NCBI GenBank assembly: GCA_016709385.1
Contig: JADJMW010000007.1
Location: forward strand, 67,744 to 131,743
Length of the DNA: 64,000 nt
Direction: 5' to 3'
From: Candidatus Rubrivivax defluviihabitans
GTDB taxonomy: Bacteria > Pseudomonadota > Gammaproteobacteria > Burkholderiales > Burkholderiaceae_C
Shown here: one piece after another, positions 8,574 through 17,840 of the stretch
Position numbering within the stretch: position 1 is the stretch's first letter
How the letters are laid out: each line of letters starts with the position of its first letter
Notes under the pieces: model-generated
Database searches by the model: none
What the model saw: the letters and a program-made list of their open reading frames with translations, nothing else
Told to the model about the DNA's origin: nothing
Program-made: the position numbers and the translations under genes

Positions 8574-9851
8574 ATGAACGCGGCGCTGCTCACCGACTGC
8601 GCGCTGCAACTGCATTCGGCCGCCATCGAAGTCACCCCCCTGCCCCCGGAAAGACTGCTGGCCCTGGCTGCCGACCCCGTGGCGGCCTTCATCGCGCCAG
8701 GCGGCGACGCCTGGGTGGGGCTGGGCGCTGCGCGCTGGCTCGATCCGGCACAGGACGATGCGACCCCGCTCTGGGCCGGGCTGCTGGACGACAGCCCCGA
8801 CGCCCCGGCGCCGGCCGCCCTGGGCGCGCTGCCCTTCCGCGACGGCGAGACGCCCGACGCCCTGTGGCGCGGCCTCATGCCCGGCGGCCTGATGCTGCCC
8901 GAGCAGTTGTACGTGCAGCAGGGCGCGCGGGCCTGGTGGCGCGTCACGCGGCCGCTGCGCGAGGCGGCGGCGCTGCCGGCTCGGCTGGCGCGCGACCGCA
9001 TGGTGCTGGCGGCGCTGGCCGCGACCGAGGCCCGGCCGCTGCCGCCCTGGCACGCCTTGGGCGAAGGCGGGGCGCCGGCGCACTTTGCCCGGGCCGTGGA
9101 ACAGGCAGTGCAACGTATCCACAGCGGCGAGCTGGTCAAGGTGGTGCTGGCGCGCCGCGTCGCCGTTGCCTTCGACACCCCGCCCGAACCCGCGGCCCTG
9201 CTGGCCCGCCTGGGCCAGCGCCACCCCGACTGCATTCGTTATGCCTGGCGGCGCGGCGGCAAAACCTGGCTGGGCGCCACGCCCGAGACGCTGGTGCAGG
9301 TGCAGGGCCGCACCCTGCACACGCATGCCCTGGCCGGCACGCGCAGTGCCGAGCGGGCCGGCGAGCTGCTGGCCTCGGCCAAGGACCGCCACGAGCATGC
9401 CATCGTGGTGGACGCCATACGCCGTGCGATCGCGCCGCTGACACTCGCACTGCCGCCGCTGCGCGAGCCGGTGGTCCGCCGCCTGCGCGGCCTGGCGCAC
9501 CTGCACACGCCCATCGAAGCCACGGTGCGCGCCGAGGTGGACTTCCTGCACCTGGTGCAGGCCCTGCACCCCACGCCCGCGGTCTGCGGCGTGCCGGCCG
9601 CGCGCGCCTCGGCGCTACTGGCGGCGCTGGAGCCCGAGCCGCGCGGCCTGTATGCCGGGCCGTTCGTGCGCTTATCGCCTTATGGCGACGGCCACGCCGT
9701 GGTGTCGCTGCGCGGCACGGTCGTCGAAGACCGCGTGGCGGTTATTCCGGCCGGCGCCGGCATCGTCGCAGGCTCCGACGGCGAGGCCGAACTGGCCGAG
9801 ACGCGGGTCAAGCAGCGCAGCGTGCTCGACGCCTTCCAGGACGGCGCTTGA
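8574..9851 (+). CDS. menF: isochorismate synthase
   Basis: The C-terminal region (GATPETLVQVQGRTLHTHALAGT...HPTPAVCGVP...GLYAGPFV) is chorismate-binding-enzyme-like, and the men gene context supports the call. The start was set to ATG 8574 within ORF 8283-9851. Confidence 0.8.
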   Translation: MNAALLTDCALQLHSAAIEVTPLPPERLLALAADPVAAFIAPGGDAWVGLGAARWLDPAQDDATPLWAGLLDDSPDAPAPAALGALPFRDGETPDALWRGLMPGGLMLPEQLYVQQGARAWWRVTRPLREAAALPARLARDRMVLAALAATEARPLPPWHALGEGGAPAHFARAVEQAVQRIHSGELVKVVLARRVAVAFDTPPEPAALLARLGQRHPDCIRYAWRRGGKTWLGATPETLVQVQGRTLHTHALAGTRSAERAGELLASAKDRHEHAIVVDAIRRAIAPLTLALPPLREPVVRRLRGLAHLHTPIEATVRAEVDFLHLVQALHPTPAVCGVPAARASALLAALEPEPRGLYAGPFVRLSPYGDGHAVVSLRGTVVEDRVAVIPAGAGIVAGSDGEAELAETRVKQRSVLDAFQDGA

Positions 9852-11746
9852 ACGCGGCACCCGACGACCTGCACAGCGCCTGGGCACAGCTATTCGCCGC
9901 CGCGCTGGCGCAGTGCGGCGTGGCCCACGCGGTGATCAGCCCGGGTTCGCGCTCCACCCCGCTGGCGCTGGCGCTGGCGGCGCAGCTGCCCTGCACCGTG
10001 CTGCACGACGAGCGCGTGGCTGCTTTCTTCGCCCTCGGCCAGGCGCGCGCCAGCGGACGACCCAGCGTGGTGCTGGCCACCAGCGGCACCGCGCCGGGGC
10101 ACTGGCTGCCGGCGGCGATGGAGGCGCGCGAGGCCGGCCTGCCGCTGCTGCTGCTCAGCGCCGACCGACCCTGGGAAGTGCAGCAGGCCCAGGCCTCGCA
10201 GACGGTGGACCAGGTGCGGCTGTTCGGCCATCACGCCCATGCCTTTTTCGAGCTCGGCCTGCCCGACGCGCACCCGGCCGCGCTGCGCGCCGTGACGCGC
10301 ATCGCCGCGCAGGCGGTGCTGGCGACCCGCTACCCGCTGGCCGGCGCCGTGCAGGTCAATGCACATTTCCGCAAGCCGCTGGAACCGCAGCCCAGCGACG
10401 GCCGCGAGCCCTGGCGGACGCAGTGGCAGGCGCTGCGCGATGCCGGCGCGCCGCGGCTGCTGCCGCCGCGCCCAACACCCGACCCGCAGGCGGTGGCGGC
10501 GCTGGTGGCCGCGGTACGCGCAGCGCCGCGCGGCGTCGTCGTCGCGGGCCCGGCACCGGCGCCGCGGGCGGCGGCCTGGCGCGCCGCGGTGCAGCGATTT
10601 GTGGCCGCCAGCGGTTATGTGCTGCTGGCCGAGGCGACGAGCCAGTTGCGCTTCGGCCTGGACATTGCGGCGAGGCCGCGCTGCATCGGCGCCTTCGACG
10701 CGCTGCTGCGTTCGCCCGCGCTGCGCCGGCGGCTGCGGCCGCAACTGGCGCTGGAGATCGGCGCACCGGCGGTGTCGGCGCAATGGCTGGCCTGGTGCAG
10801 CGGCGACGATGCACCGGCGCGCTGGGTGCTGCCCGGAGAACGACCGGCCGACCCGGCCGGCGGGGCGCTGGGCATGGTACTGGGGCCGGTGGCGGCGCTG
10901 CTGGACGCGGCTGCAGCGGCGCTCGAGACACAGCCTGGCCCAGCGGCGGCCGCTGCCGACGCCACGACCTACGCCGCGGCCTGGCGCGCCGCCGAAGATG
11001 CGGCCTGGCAAGCGCGTTCGCAGGCGGTCGCGTTGGTCTCGCGACACGCCGATGGCGATACCGACGCCGATGCGGACGCGCACGACGATACCGGCCTCCT
11101 CGCCGGTGCGGCCGCGCACGGCGCCACCGCCGCGTCCTTACAGGAACACGAGGTGGCGCCGCTCCTGCGCGCCGCGCTGCCGCCCGGTGCGGTGCTGGCG
11201 ATCGGCAATTCCAGCCCGGTGCGCGACCTCGACCACGACCTGCCGCCGGATGCGCAGGCGTTGACGCTGCTGCACCAGCGTGGCGCCGCCGGCATCGACG
11301 GCGCTGTGGCTGGCGCCGCCGGCGCGCGCAGCGTGCTGGACGCGCCGATGGCGCTGCTGCTGGGCGACGTGGCGCTGCTGCACGACGCCGGCGGTCTGGC
11401 CGCGGCGGCGGCGGTGCGCGGGCCGCTGGCCATCGTGGTGGTGCACAACGACGGCGGGCGCATCTTCGAGCGCCTGCCGCTGGGCCGTGACATCAGCCTG
11501 GCCGGAGCCTGTGACCGGCTGTTCGTGGTGCCGCACGGCCACGGCTTCGACGGCCTGGCCGCCACCTGGGGGCTGACCTTCGCGCGTGTGGACCAGGCCG
11601 CGGCACTCGCGCAGGCGCTGGCGCAGGCGCTGGCGGCCGACCGCCCGATCCTGATCGAGGCCCGCGTCGCCCCCGGTGGCAGCGCCCGGCGCACGGGTCT
11701 GCTGGCGGCCATGGCGCACGCGGCCGAGGCGGCCGTGGGCGCGTGA
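9848..11746 (+). CDS. menD: SEPHCHC synthase (2-succinyl-5-enolpyruvyl-6-hydroxy-3-cyclohexene-1-carboxylate synthase)
   Basis: WAQLFAAALAQCGVAHAVISPGSRSTPLALALA... and a ThDP-type region GNSSPVRD...LLGDVALLHD. The proposed TTG start at 9848 overlaps the menF stop. The long 5' part of ORF 8864-11746 overlaps menF in another frame. Confidence 0.85.
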   Translation: MNAAPDDLHSAWAQLFAAALAQCGVAHAVISPGSRSTPLALALAAQLPCTVLHDERVAAFFALGQARASGRPSVVLATSGTAPGHWLPAAMEAREAGLPLLLLSADRPWEVQQAQASQTVDQVRLFGHHAHAFFELGLPDAHPAALRAVTRIAAQAVLATRYPLAGAVQVNAHFRKPLEPQPSDGREPWRTQWQALRDAGAPRLLPPRPTPDPQAVAALVAAVRAAPRGVVVAGPAPAPRAAAWRAAVQRFVAASGYVLLAEATSQLRFGLDIAARPRCIGAFDALLRSPALRRRLRPQLALEIGAPAVSAQWLAWCSGDDAPARWVLPGERPADPAGGALGMVLGPVAALLDAAAAALETQPGPAAAAADATTYAAAWRAAEDAAWQARSQAVALVSRHADGDTDADADAHDDTGLLAGAAAHGATAASLQEHEVAPLLRAALPPGAVLAIGNSSPVRDLDHDLPPDAQALTLLHQRGAAGIDGAVAGAAGARSVLDAPMALLLGDVALLHDAGGLAAAAAVRGPLAIVVVHNDGGRIFERLPLGRDISLAGACDRLFVVPHGHGFDGLAATWGLTFARVDQAAALAQALAQALAADRPILIEARVAPGGSARRTGLLAAMAHAAEAAVGA

Positions 11747-11753
11747 GCGAGCC

Positions 11754-12548
11754 ATGACGCGCCAGGCATCGCCGCCCTGGGCAGGGGGCTGCACGCATCG
11801 ATCCAAGGGCCGCGGTGGGCCGGCGCTCGTGCTGCTGCACGGTTTCCTGGGTGCGCCCTCGGCGTGGCATGCGGTGCTGGCCGCGCTGCCGAACCACGGC
11901 CCGGTCTGGTGCCCGTGGCTGCCCGGTCACGGCCCGGCCGCGCCTGCACCGGCGACCTGGGACGAAACCGTGCTGGCGCTGGCCGACAGCCTGCCGGCAG
12001 GCGCCGTACTTGCGGGCTACTCGCTGGGCGCGCGGCTGGCGCTGGCGGCCACGCTGCAGCGGCCCGGGCGGGTGCGCGCCACGCTGCTCGTCGGCGGCCA
12101 CGTCGGCCCGGCCCGTGCGGCCGAACGCGCCGAGCGCGCGGCACTGGACGCCGAGCGCGCCGCTGCCCTGCGCCGCGGCGACCTGACCGCCTTCGTCGAC
12201 GCCTGGGAAGCGCTGCCGCTGTTTGCCACCCAGCGTGCCCTGCCGCCGGCAGCGCAGGCGCAGCAGCGTGCGGCGCGGCTGGCGCACGACGCGTTGGCGC
12301 TGGCCTGGGCCTTCGAGGTCGCCGGCCTGGCCTGCATGCCCGACCTGCGGCCTGCGGTGGCGGCGTCGCGGCAGCCGCTCGTCTTCCTGACCGGTGCGCT
12401 GGACACCCGCTTCGCCGCGCTGGGCGCGTCGCTCGAGCGCCCGCCCTGGGTGCGCCGCCGCAGCGTACCCGGCGCCGGCCACAACCTGCTGCTGGAAGCG
12501 CCGGCGGCTGTGGCAGCATCGCTGGCTGACTTGATGGAGCAGGAATGA
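11754..12548 (+). CDS. menH: SHCHC synthase-type alpha/beta hydrolase
   Basis: [18 protein letters not shown]... with [10 protein letters not shown] (GxSxG). It sits between menD and menB. The start is ATG 11754 within ORF 11676-12548. Confidence 0.75.
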   Translation: MTRQASPPWAGGCTHRSKGRGGPALVLLHGFLGAPSAWHAVLAALPNHGPVWCPWLPGHGPAAPAPATWDETVLALADSLPAGAVLAGYSLGARLALAATLQRPGRVRATLLVGGHVGPARAAERAERAALDAERAAALRRGDLTAFVDAWEALPLFATQRALPPAAQAQQRAARLAHDALALAWAFEVAGLACMPDLRPAVAASRQPLVFLTGALDTRFAALGASLERPPWVRRRSVPGAGHNLLLEAPAAVAASLADLMEQE

Positions 12549-13369
12549 CCGCAGTGGACTGGACCCTGTGCGACCACGGCTATACCGACGTGGTCTACGA
12601 GAAAGCCGAGGGCATCGCCCGCATCACGATCAACCGCCCCGAGGTGCGCAACGCCTTCCGCCCGCTCACGGTGCAGGAGATGCAGCATGCCTTTTCCGAC
12701 GCCCGCGACGACCCGTCCATCGGCGTGGTGGTGCTGCGCGGCGCCGGCGACCAGGCCTTCTGTTCCGGCGGCGACCAGCGCGTGCGCGGCGACGGCGGTT
12801 ATGTCGGCGACGACGGCGTGCCGCGGCTGAACGTGCTGGACCTGCAGCGCCAGATCCGCACGCTGCCGAAACCGGTCATCGCCTCGGTGGCCGGCTACGC
12901 CATCGGCGGCGGCCACGTGCTGCACATGATCTGCGACCTGACCATCGCCGCCGACAACGCCCGCTTCGGCCAGACCGGCCCGCGCGTGGGCAGCTTCGAT
13001 GGCGGCTACGGCGCCAGCTACATGGCGCGCATCGTCGGCCAGAAGAAGGCGCGCGAGATCTGGTTCCTGTGCCGCCAGTACGACGCGCAGCAGGCCTTGC
13101 AGATGGGCCTGGTGAATGCCGTCGTGCCGCTGGCGCAGCTGGAGGCCGAGACCGTGCAGTGGGCGCGCGAGATGCTGGCCAACAGCCCCACCGCGCTGCG
13201 CTTCCTGAAGGCCGCGCTGAATGCCGACTGCGACGGCCAGGCCGGTCTGCAGGAACTGGCCGGCAGCGCCACGCTGCTCTTCTACCAGAGCGAGGAAGGC
13301 CAGGAAGGCAAGCGCGCCTACCTGGAAAAACGCCAGCCCGAGTTCAGCAAGTTCAAGCGCTTCCCCTGA
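12545..13369 (+). CDS. menB: 1,4-dihydroxy-2-naphthoyl-CoA synthase
   Basis: 274-aa crotonase-fold protein with [40 protein letters not shown] and a C-terminal FKRFP. It overlaps the menH stop by 4 bp. Confidence 0.95.
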   Translation: MTAVDWTLCDHGYTDVVYEKAEGIARITINRPEVRNAFRPLTVQEMQHAFSDARDDPSIGVVVLRGAGDQAFCSGGDQRVRGDGGYVGDDGVPRLNVLDLQRQIRTLPKPVIASVAGYAIGGGHVLHMICDLTIAADNARFGQTGPRVGSFDGGYGASYMARIVGQKKAREIWFLCRQYDAQQALQMGLVNAVVPLAQLEAETVQWAREMLANSPTALRFLKAALNADCDGQAGLQELAGSATLLFYQSEEGQEGKRAYLEKRQPEFSKFKRFP

Positions 13370-13377
13370 TCCGGCGC

Positions 13378-13400
13378 GGCAACGTCCCGGGCCCGTTGCC
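13378..13400 (+). terminator. GC-rich hairpin downstream of menB
   Basis: ggcaacg / cgttgcc stem around a loop containing cccggg. No T-run follows it. Confidence 0.3.
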
Positions 13401-13470
13401 CGCCGGCATGAAAGCGGCGCAGGCGCGTGGCGCATAGACCTCGGCCCGAGGCTGCCCGTATCATGAGCTC

Positions 13471-13932
13471 ATGGCCACCCCTGCAAAACGCGCGTCTCCC
13501 TCGAAGCCCGAACGGCCGGTCAAGCCGGTGAAACCGATCAAGGCGATCAAGGCGAGTGAGTCGACCAAGCCGGTCAAGCCGAGCGCGGCGGCCGACGCCG
13601 ATGCCGAGCCGTTTCTTCGATTCCGTCACCCCGTGGCACTGCGCAAGAAGACGCTGTCGCTGCTGGGCACGCTCGAGCAGGCCGACGATGCCACCGTGCA
13701 CCGCGACGCGCTGTCGGCTCTGGTCGTGGAGCTGACGAACAGCGGCCTGGACGCCTACTTCATGGCGCCGTTGCGGCGCGCCGGGGCCGGCTTCATCGTC
13801 GAGCAGTCGGCGAAGCTGGGGTTGGTGGGCGTGCAGCAGGTCATGGGGTCCGTCGTGCGCCAGATCGTCGGTCGCATGGACGGCCCGCAGTTGATTTCGG
13901 TGTCCGTGTCGATCCGGCAGTTCATGCGCTGA
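13471..13932 (+). CDS. hypothetical protein with a Lys/Pro-rich N-terminal tail
   Basis: 153-aa ORF beginning MATPAKRASPSKPERPVKPVKPIKAIKASESTKPVKPSAAAD, followed by a globular-looking part (PFLRFRHPVALRKKTLSLLGTLEQ...). I do not recognise a family. Confidence 0.6.
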   Translation: MATPAKRASPSKPERPVKPVKPIKAIKASESTKPVKPSAAADADAEPFLRFRHPVALRKKTLSLLGTLEQADDATVHRDALSALVVELTNSGLDAYFMAPLRRAGAGFIVEQSAKLGLVGVQQVMGSVVRQIVGRMDGPQLISVSVSIRQFMR

Positions 13933-13975
13933 GAGGCCGACGCCAACGTCTTCACGCATGAGCGCGCCGGGCCGC

Positions 13976-14034
13976 CATCGGCCAGAGGCCGATGTCCTTC
14001 GGCAGGCACGGACAGTCCGCAGGGACTGTCCGTG
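13976..14034 (+). terminator. two consecutive strong hairpins between the hypothetical gene and menC
   Basis: Hairpin 1 is catcggcc-aga-ggccgatg (13976-13994). Hairpin 2 is cacggacagtcc-gcag-ggactgtccgtg (14007-14034). No T-run follows. The second stem contains the GTG at 14032 that the ORF track uses as a start. Confidence 0.4.
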
Positions 14035-14091
14035 TCCGGCCTCAGCTCGCCAAGCGCTCACCCCGGAGCGCGCAGCGCGGAGGGTGGTCCA

Positions 14092-15207
14092 GTGAGCCTG
14101 GCCGCGCCGCTGCGCCTGAGCCTGCAAGCGCCGCGCCGGGTGCCTGCCGGCGGGCTGGGGGTGCGCGGACTGTGGCGCGATCGCGAGGCGGTGCGTATCC
14201 GGTTGCAAGACGGCGAAGGGGGCTGGGGTCTGGGCGAGGCGCTGCCCCTGCCCGGCTACAGCCGCGACGATGCCGCGGCGGCCGAGCGCGTGCTGGGCGA
14301 GTTGGCGGCCACACTCTCGACGCGAGGCCTTCGGGTGCCGTCCGGGCCAGCGGGTGCCCCCTTGATCGATGCCGTGCTGGCGCCGCATGCCGAGGTGCTG
14401 GCGGCCTCGACGAGCGCACGCTTTGCACTGGAGTGCGCGCTGCTGGACCTGCTGGCGCGCCGCGACGGGCGCAGCGCCGCCGCCTGGCTGGCCGGGGGCC
14501 GCGCGCTGCAGGCGGTGCCCGTGAGCGTGCTGCTGCCGGAGGCTGAAGACGCTGCCATCGCCGAAGCCGCAGCGGCCGCGGCGCGCGGCCACACCGTGCT
14601 GAAGCTGAAGATCGCGCGCCCCGACCGCAGCGCGAGTCAGGAAGATGCGTTGCTGGCCGCCGTGCGCGCCGCGGCCGACGCCGGGGCCGGCGGGCTGCGG
14701 CAGGTGCGTTTGCGGCTGGACGCCAACGGGGCGCTGTGCCCAGACGAGGCCGTCCCCCGGCTGACCGCGCTGCGGCGCCATGGGGTCGAGCTGGTGGAGG
14801 AGCCGGTCGCCGGCGCGGCGCTGCTGGCCCTGCCGCCGCTGCCGCTGGCCTGGGCGGCCGACGAGTCGCTGGCCGATGGGGCGCTGGCCGACGCCCTGCT
14901 CGCCTTGCCGCCCGGGCTCCGACCCGCGGCGCTGGTACTCAAGCCGGCGCAGCTGGGACTGGCGCGCTGCCTGCGCCTGGCCGATGCCGCGGCTGGGCGC
15001 GGGGTGGGCGTCATCGTCACCCACAGCCTGGACGGCGACCTCGGCCACGCCGCCGCCTGCGCACTCGCCCTGGCGCTGCCGCAGCCGCCCTGGCCCTGCG
15101 GACTGGCACCGCACCCCGGCCTGCGTCACCCGCCGCCGGCCACGCCCTGGCTGCCCTTGCCGACCGAGCCTGGCCTGGCCGTTCCGGACTGGGACCGGGC
15201 CGCCTGA
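14092..15207 (+). CDS. menC: o-succinylbenzoate synthase (enolase superfamily)
   Basis: GEGGWGLGEALPLPGYSRDD..., VLKLKIAR, LRLDANGA, VEEP. Starting at GTG 14092 places the GWGE block about as far from the start as in E. coli MenC. The alternative start at 14032 lies inside a hairpin stem. Confidence 0.8.
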   Translation: MSLAAPLRLSLQAPRRVPAGGLGVRGLWRDREAVRIRLQDGEGGWGLGEALPLPGYSRDDAAAAERVLGELAATLSTRGLRVPSGPAGAPLIDAVLAPHAEVLAASTSARFALECALLDLLARRDGRSAAAWLAGGRALQAVPVSVLLPEAEDAAIAEAAAAAARGHTVLKLKIARPDRSASQEDALLAAVRAAADAGAGGLRQVRLRLDANGALCPDEAVPRLTALRRHGVELVEEPVAGAALLALPPLPLAWAADESLADGALADALLALPPGLRPAALVLKPAQLGLARCLRLADAAAGRGVGVIVTHSLDGDLGHAAACALALALPQPPWPCGLAPHPGLRHPPPATPWLPLPTEPGLAVPDWDRAA

Positions 15208-15209
15208 AC

Positions 15210-16784
15210 ATGCGCCTGTCATTCACCCTGGGCGACGCCTTGCGCAGCGCGGCCCGGCATGCGCCGGGCGACGCGGCGCTGGTCGGCGACGACGGCACGC
15301 TCACCTGGGCCGCGCTGGCCGAAAACGTCGATCGGGTTGCGGCCACGCTACGGGCCCTGGTTGCGGCCGACGGGGGTGCCTTCGAAGGCACCCCCCGAGG
15401 CGCTGGCGAAGGCGCGATCGAGGGACGCCGCACGGGCGGCGCCGCGCCGCGCCCACACGCCGTCGCCTTGCGCCCGGACCGCGACGACGTGATCGTGCTG
15501 CTGGCCCACGCCGTGGCCGGCATTCCCTTGCTGCCGCTGCATCCCGCGCTGCCCGAGGCCGATGCCGCCCGGCTGGCCGCCACGGCCGGTGCGCGGCGGC
15601 TGACCCCGGACCAGTGCCTGGCAGACGCAGCCGCCGCCGCGGGCAGCGCAAAGGCATCGGCCTGGCCGCCATCGACGCGCGGGCCGGGGCCCGACGACGA
15701 CTTGTTCCTGGTGCCGACCTCGGGCTCATCGGGCCAGCCCAAAGTGGCACGGCTGACGCACCGCGCGGTGCTCGGCGCCGCCGCCGCACTGACCGAACGG
15801 CTGCCTTTCGGACCGCAGGATCGCTGGATCCTGACGCTGCCGCTGTCGCACGTGGGCGGGCTGTCGGTCGTCGCACGCTGCCTGTGTGCGCGACACGCCA
15901 TCGTGCTGGTGCCGCGATTCTCCGAAGACGCGGTGTGGACGGCGATGGCGCGCGACGGCGGCACGCGGCTGTCGGCCGTGCCGGCCATCGCCGACCGGCT
16001 GCTGCACGCCGACCGGCATGGGCAACTGGCGCGCCTGAGCCTCATGATGCTCGGCGGCCAGGCCGCCCCGCTGGCGCTGCGCCGCGCGCTGGCCGAGGCC
16101 GGCGTGCCGGCGGTGGCCAGCTACGGCCTTACCGAAAGCTGCGCCGCCGCCACCTGCGAGTCGCCGGCCGAAGCCGGCCGGCTGCTCCCGGGTTGCGGCA
16201 CCGCGCTGCGCGGCGTGGCCGTCAGCATTGCCGGCGACGATGGCGCGGTATTGCCCGCCGGCACGCCGGGCCGCATCCGGCTCGCCGGCCCGGCGCTGCT
16301 GGCCGGTTATGCCGGCCAGCCCGGCGTCACGGTGCTCGACAGTGCCGGCCGGCTGGCGACCGGCGACCTGGGCTGGCTGGACGACGCAGGCCGGCTGCAC
16401 GTGCAGGGCCGGCGCGCCGAGGTCATCGTCACCGGTGGCGAGAAGGTGGTGCCCGGCGTGGTGGAGGCGGCATTGCGCGAACATGCCGGCGTGCGCGACG
16501 CGGTGGTCTTCGGACGGTCCGACGCGCGCTGGGGCGCCATCGTCTGCGCCGCCGTCGAGGGCCCGGCCGCGCTGCACGACGACGCCACGCTGCCGGCGCT
16601 GCTGGCCACGCTGCTGCCGCCCTGGGCGCGGCCGCGGCAACTGGCGGTGTTCGAAGCCCTGCCGCGACTGAATACGGGCAAGGTGGACCGGCTCGGCACG
16701 CCGGAGCTGGCGCTGCCGAGCCTGCGCCCGTTTCCGGTGCCGTCTTTCCCCCTCTCCCGCCCCGGCGGGATAGGGCTGGGGTGA
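15210..16784 (+). CDS. menE: o-succinylbenzoate--CoA ligase
   Basis: It has the AMP-binding motif LVPTSGSSGQPKVARLTH and NTGKVDR near the C-terminus. The start is ATG 15210 within ORF 14736-16784. The last roughly 12 codons lie inside a REP-like repeat. Confidence 0.85.
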   Translation: MRLSFTLGDALRSAARHAPGDAALVGDDGTLTWAALAENVDRVAATLRALVAADGGAFEGTPRGAGEGAIEGRRTGGAAPRPHAVALRPDRDDVIVLLAHAVAGIPLLPLHPALPEADAARLAATAGARRLTPDQCLADAAAAAGSAKASAWPPSTRGPGPDDDLFLVPTSGSSGQPKVARLTHRAVLGAAAALTERLPFGPQDRWILTLPLSHVGGLSVVARCLCARHAIVLVPRFSEDAVWTAMARDGGTRLSAVPAIADRLLHADRHGQLARLSLMMLGGQAAPLALRRALAEAGVPAVASYGLTESCAAATCESPAEAGRLLPGCGTALRGVAVSIAGDDGAVLPAGTPGRIRLAGPALLAGYAGQPGVTVLDSAGRLATGDLGWLDDAGRLHVQGRRAEVIVTGGEKVVPGVVEAALREHAGVRDAVVFGRSDARWGAIVCAAVEGPAALHDDATLPALLATLLPPWARPRQLAVFEALPRLNTGKVDRLGTPELALPSLRPFPVPSFPLSRPGGIGLG

Positions 16785-16842
16785 GGGTGGGCGGCATCAC
16801 GACAGGCCCTCGCCCCAACCCTCTCCCACGAGCGGGAAAGGG
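16749..16842. repeat. REP-like element pair in inverted orientation
   Basis: Copy 1 is ccctctcccgccccggcgggatagggctggggtgaggg. The reverse complement of copy 2 is ccctttcccgctcgtgggagagggttggggcgagggc. A roughly 14-bp spacer separates them, and each copy has its own small hairpin. Confidence 0.6.
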
Positions 16843-16874
16843 AGTCGACGCCCTGGAACGGCTCCGACCCGGCG

Positions 16875-17840
16875 TCAGGCTCCGGTGCCGCCCTCGAAAC
16901 GCCCCAGCCGCACCGCCGTGCCGCCGGGCTTGAGGTTGTGCGTGCCCGGCATCACGAGCACGGTGTCGTCGTAAGGCGTCAGCCAGACCCGATCGCCGTC
17001 CTGCGCGATCGGCGTGCCGGCGCACGGCAGCACCGACAAGCCCACGGTCGGCACCAGGAAGCGGAAGTCCGCGCTGCGCGCCACCACTGCTTCGGTCACG
17101 CGCACCAGGCGTTGCACTGGCGGCAGCGGCAGGCGTATGTGTGCCTGCACCCAGGCCGCATCGGCCAGGCCAGCCAGGCCCAGGAAGCGCACCAGCGTGT
17201 CCACCGCCACGTCGGCCGCGGCGGCTTCCCAGTGGTAGCCGCATTCCACCAGCAGCGCGCACCGCGGGCTGGCCGGGTCGCCGAAGCCGCCGCGCTCGAT
17301 CATGCGCAGCCCCGCCGGGTGACCGGTATCGATGAGCAGGTCCGCCGGTACACCGAGTTGACGCGCCAGCGCCGCGTTCTTGTCGACCGTGCCGCACACC
17401 ATGAGCGGCCGGCAGGGCTCGCTCATCGAGTGGATGTCGAGCAGCAGGTCGGCGGCGTCGACAAAGGGCTGCAACTGCCGCGCGCGCTTCAGCTCGACCG
17501 AATCGCGCGCGCCGAACAGCGCTGCGTCGGCCCAGACGCGGTTGAAGTCCTCGTCGACGAAGCGCGACGGGTAAGGGTCGGCGGCGTCGAAGCGCGCATA
17601 GGCTTCCACGTTGCCGAAGGCCAGCGTCAGCGTGCCGCGCCGCGGCCGGAAGCCCTGGCGCAGCAGCCAGTCCAGTGCGATGGCGCCGCAGATCTCGTTG
17701 CCGTGCGTCAATGCCTGCACCATGACGTTCGGGCCGGGCACGGCGGCTTCGAAGCGGTGCACGAAGTCGACGCCGGTGTTGCCAGCGCGCCAGGGCCTGA
17801 TGTCGGGCGCGCTGAGTTCGACGGGCAGGGGCAGGTTCAT
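16875..17840 (-). CDS. succinylglutamate desuccinylase/aspartoacylase-family (M14-like) deacylase
   Basis: 321 aa: NVMVQALTHGNEICGAIALDWLL...DIHSMSEPC. This matches the AstE/AspA-family pattern. Confidence 0.8.
   Translation of the reverse strand: MNLPLPVELSAPDIRPWRAGNTGVDFVHRFEAAVPGPNVMVQALTHGNEICGAIALDWLLRQGFRPRRGTLTLAFGNVEAYARFDAADPYPSRFVDEDFNRVWADAALFGARDSVELKRARQLQPFVDAADLLLDIHSMSEPCRPLMVCGTVDKNAALARQLGVPADLLIDTGHPAGLRMIERGGFGDPASPRCALLVECGYHWEAAAADVAVDTLVRFLGLAGLADAAWVQAHIRLPLPPVQRLVRVTEAVVARSADFRFLVPTVGLSVLPCAGTPIAQDGDRVWLTPYDDTVLVMPGTHNLKPGGTAVRLGRFEGGTGA

Noticed and set aside
14032-14091. The track start (GTG 14032) for menC.
   Set aside because: That codon lies inside the 12-bp stem of a strong hairpin. 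Starting at GTG 14092 gives an N-terminal length matching E. coli MenC relative to the GWGE block. The start remains uncertain.
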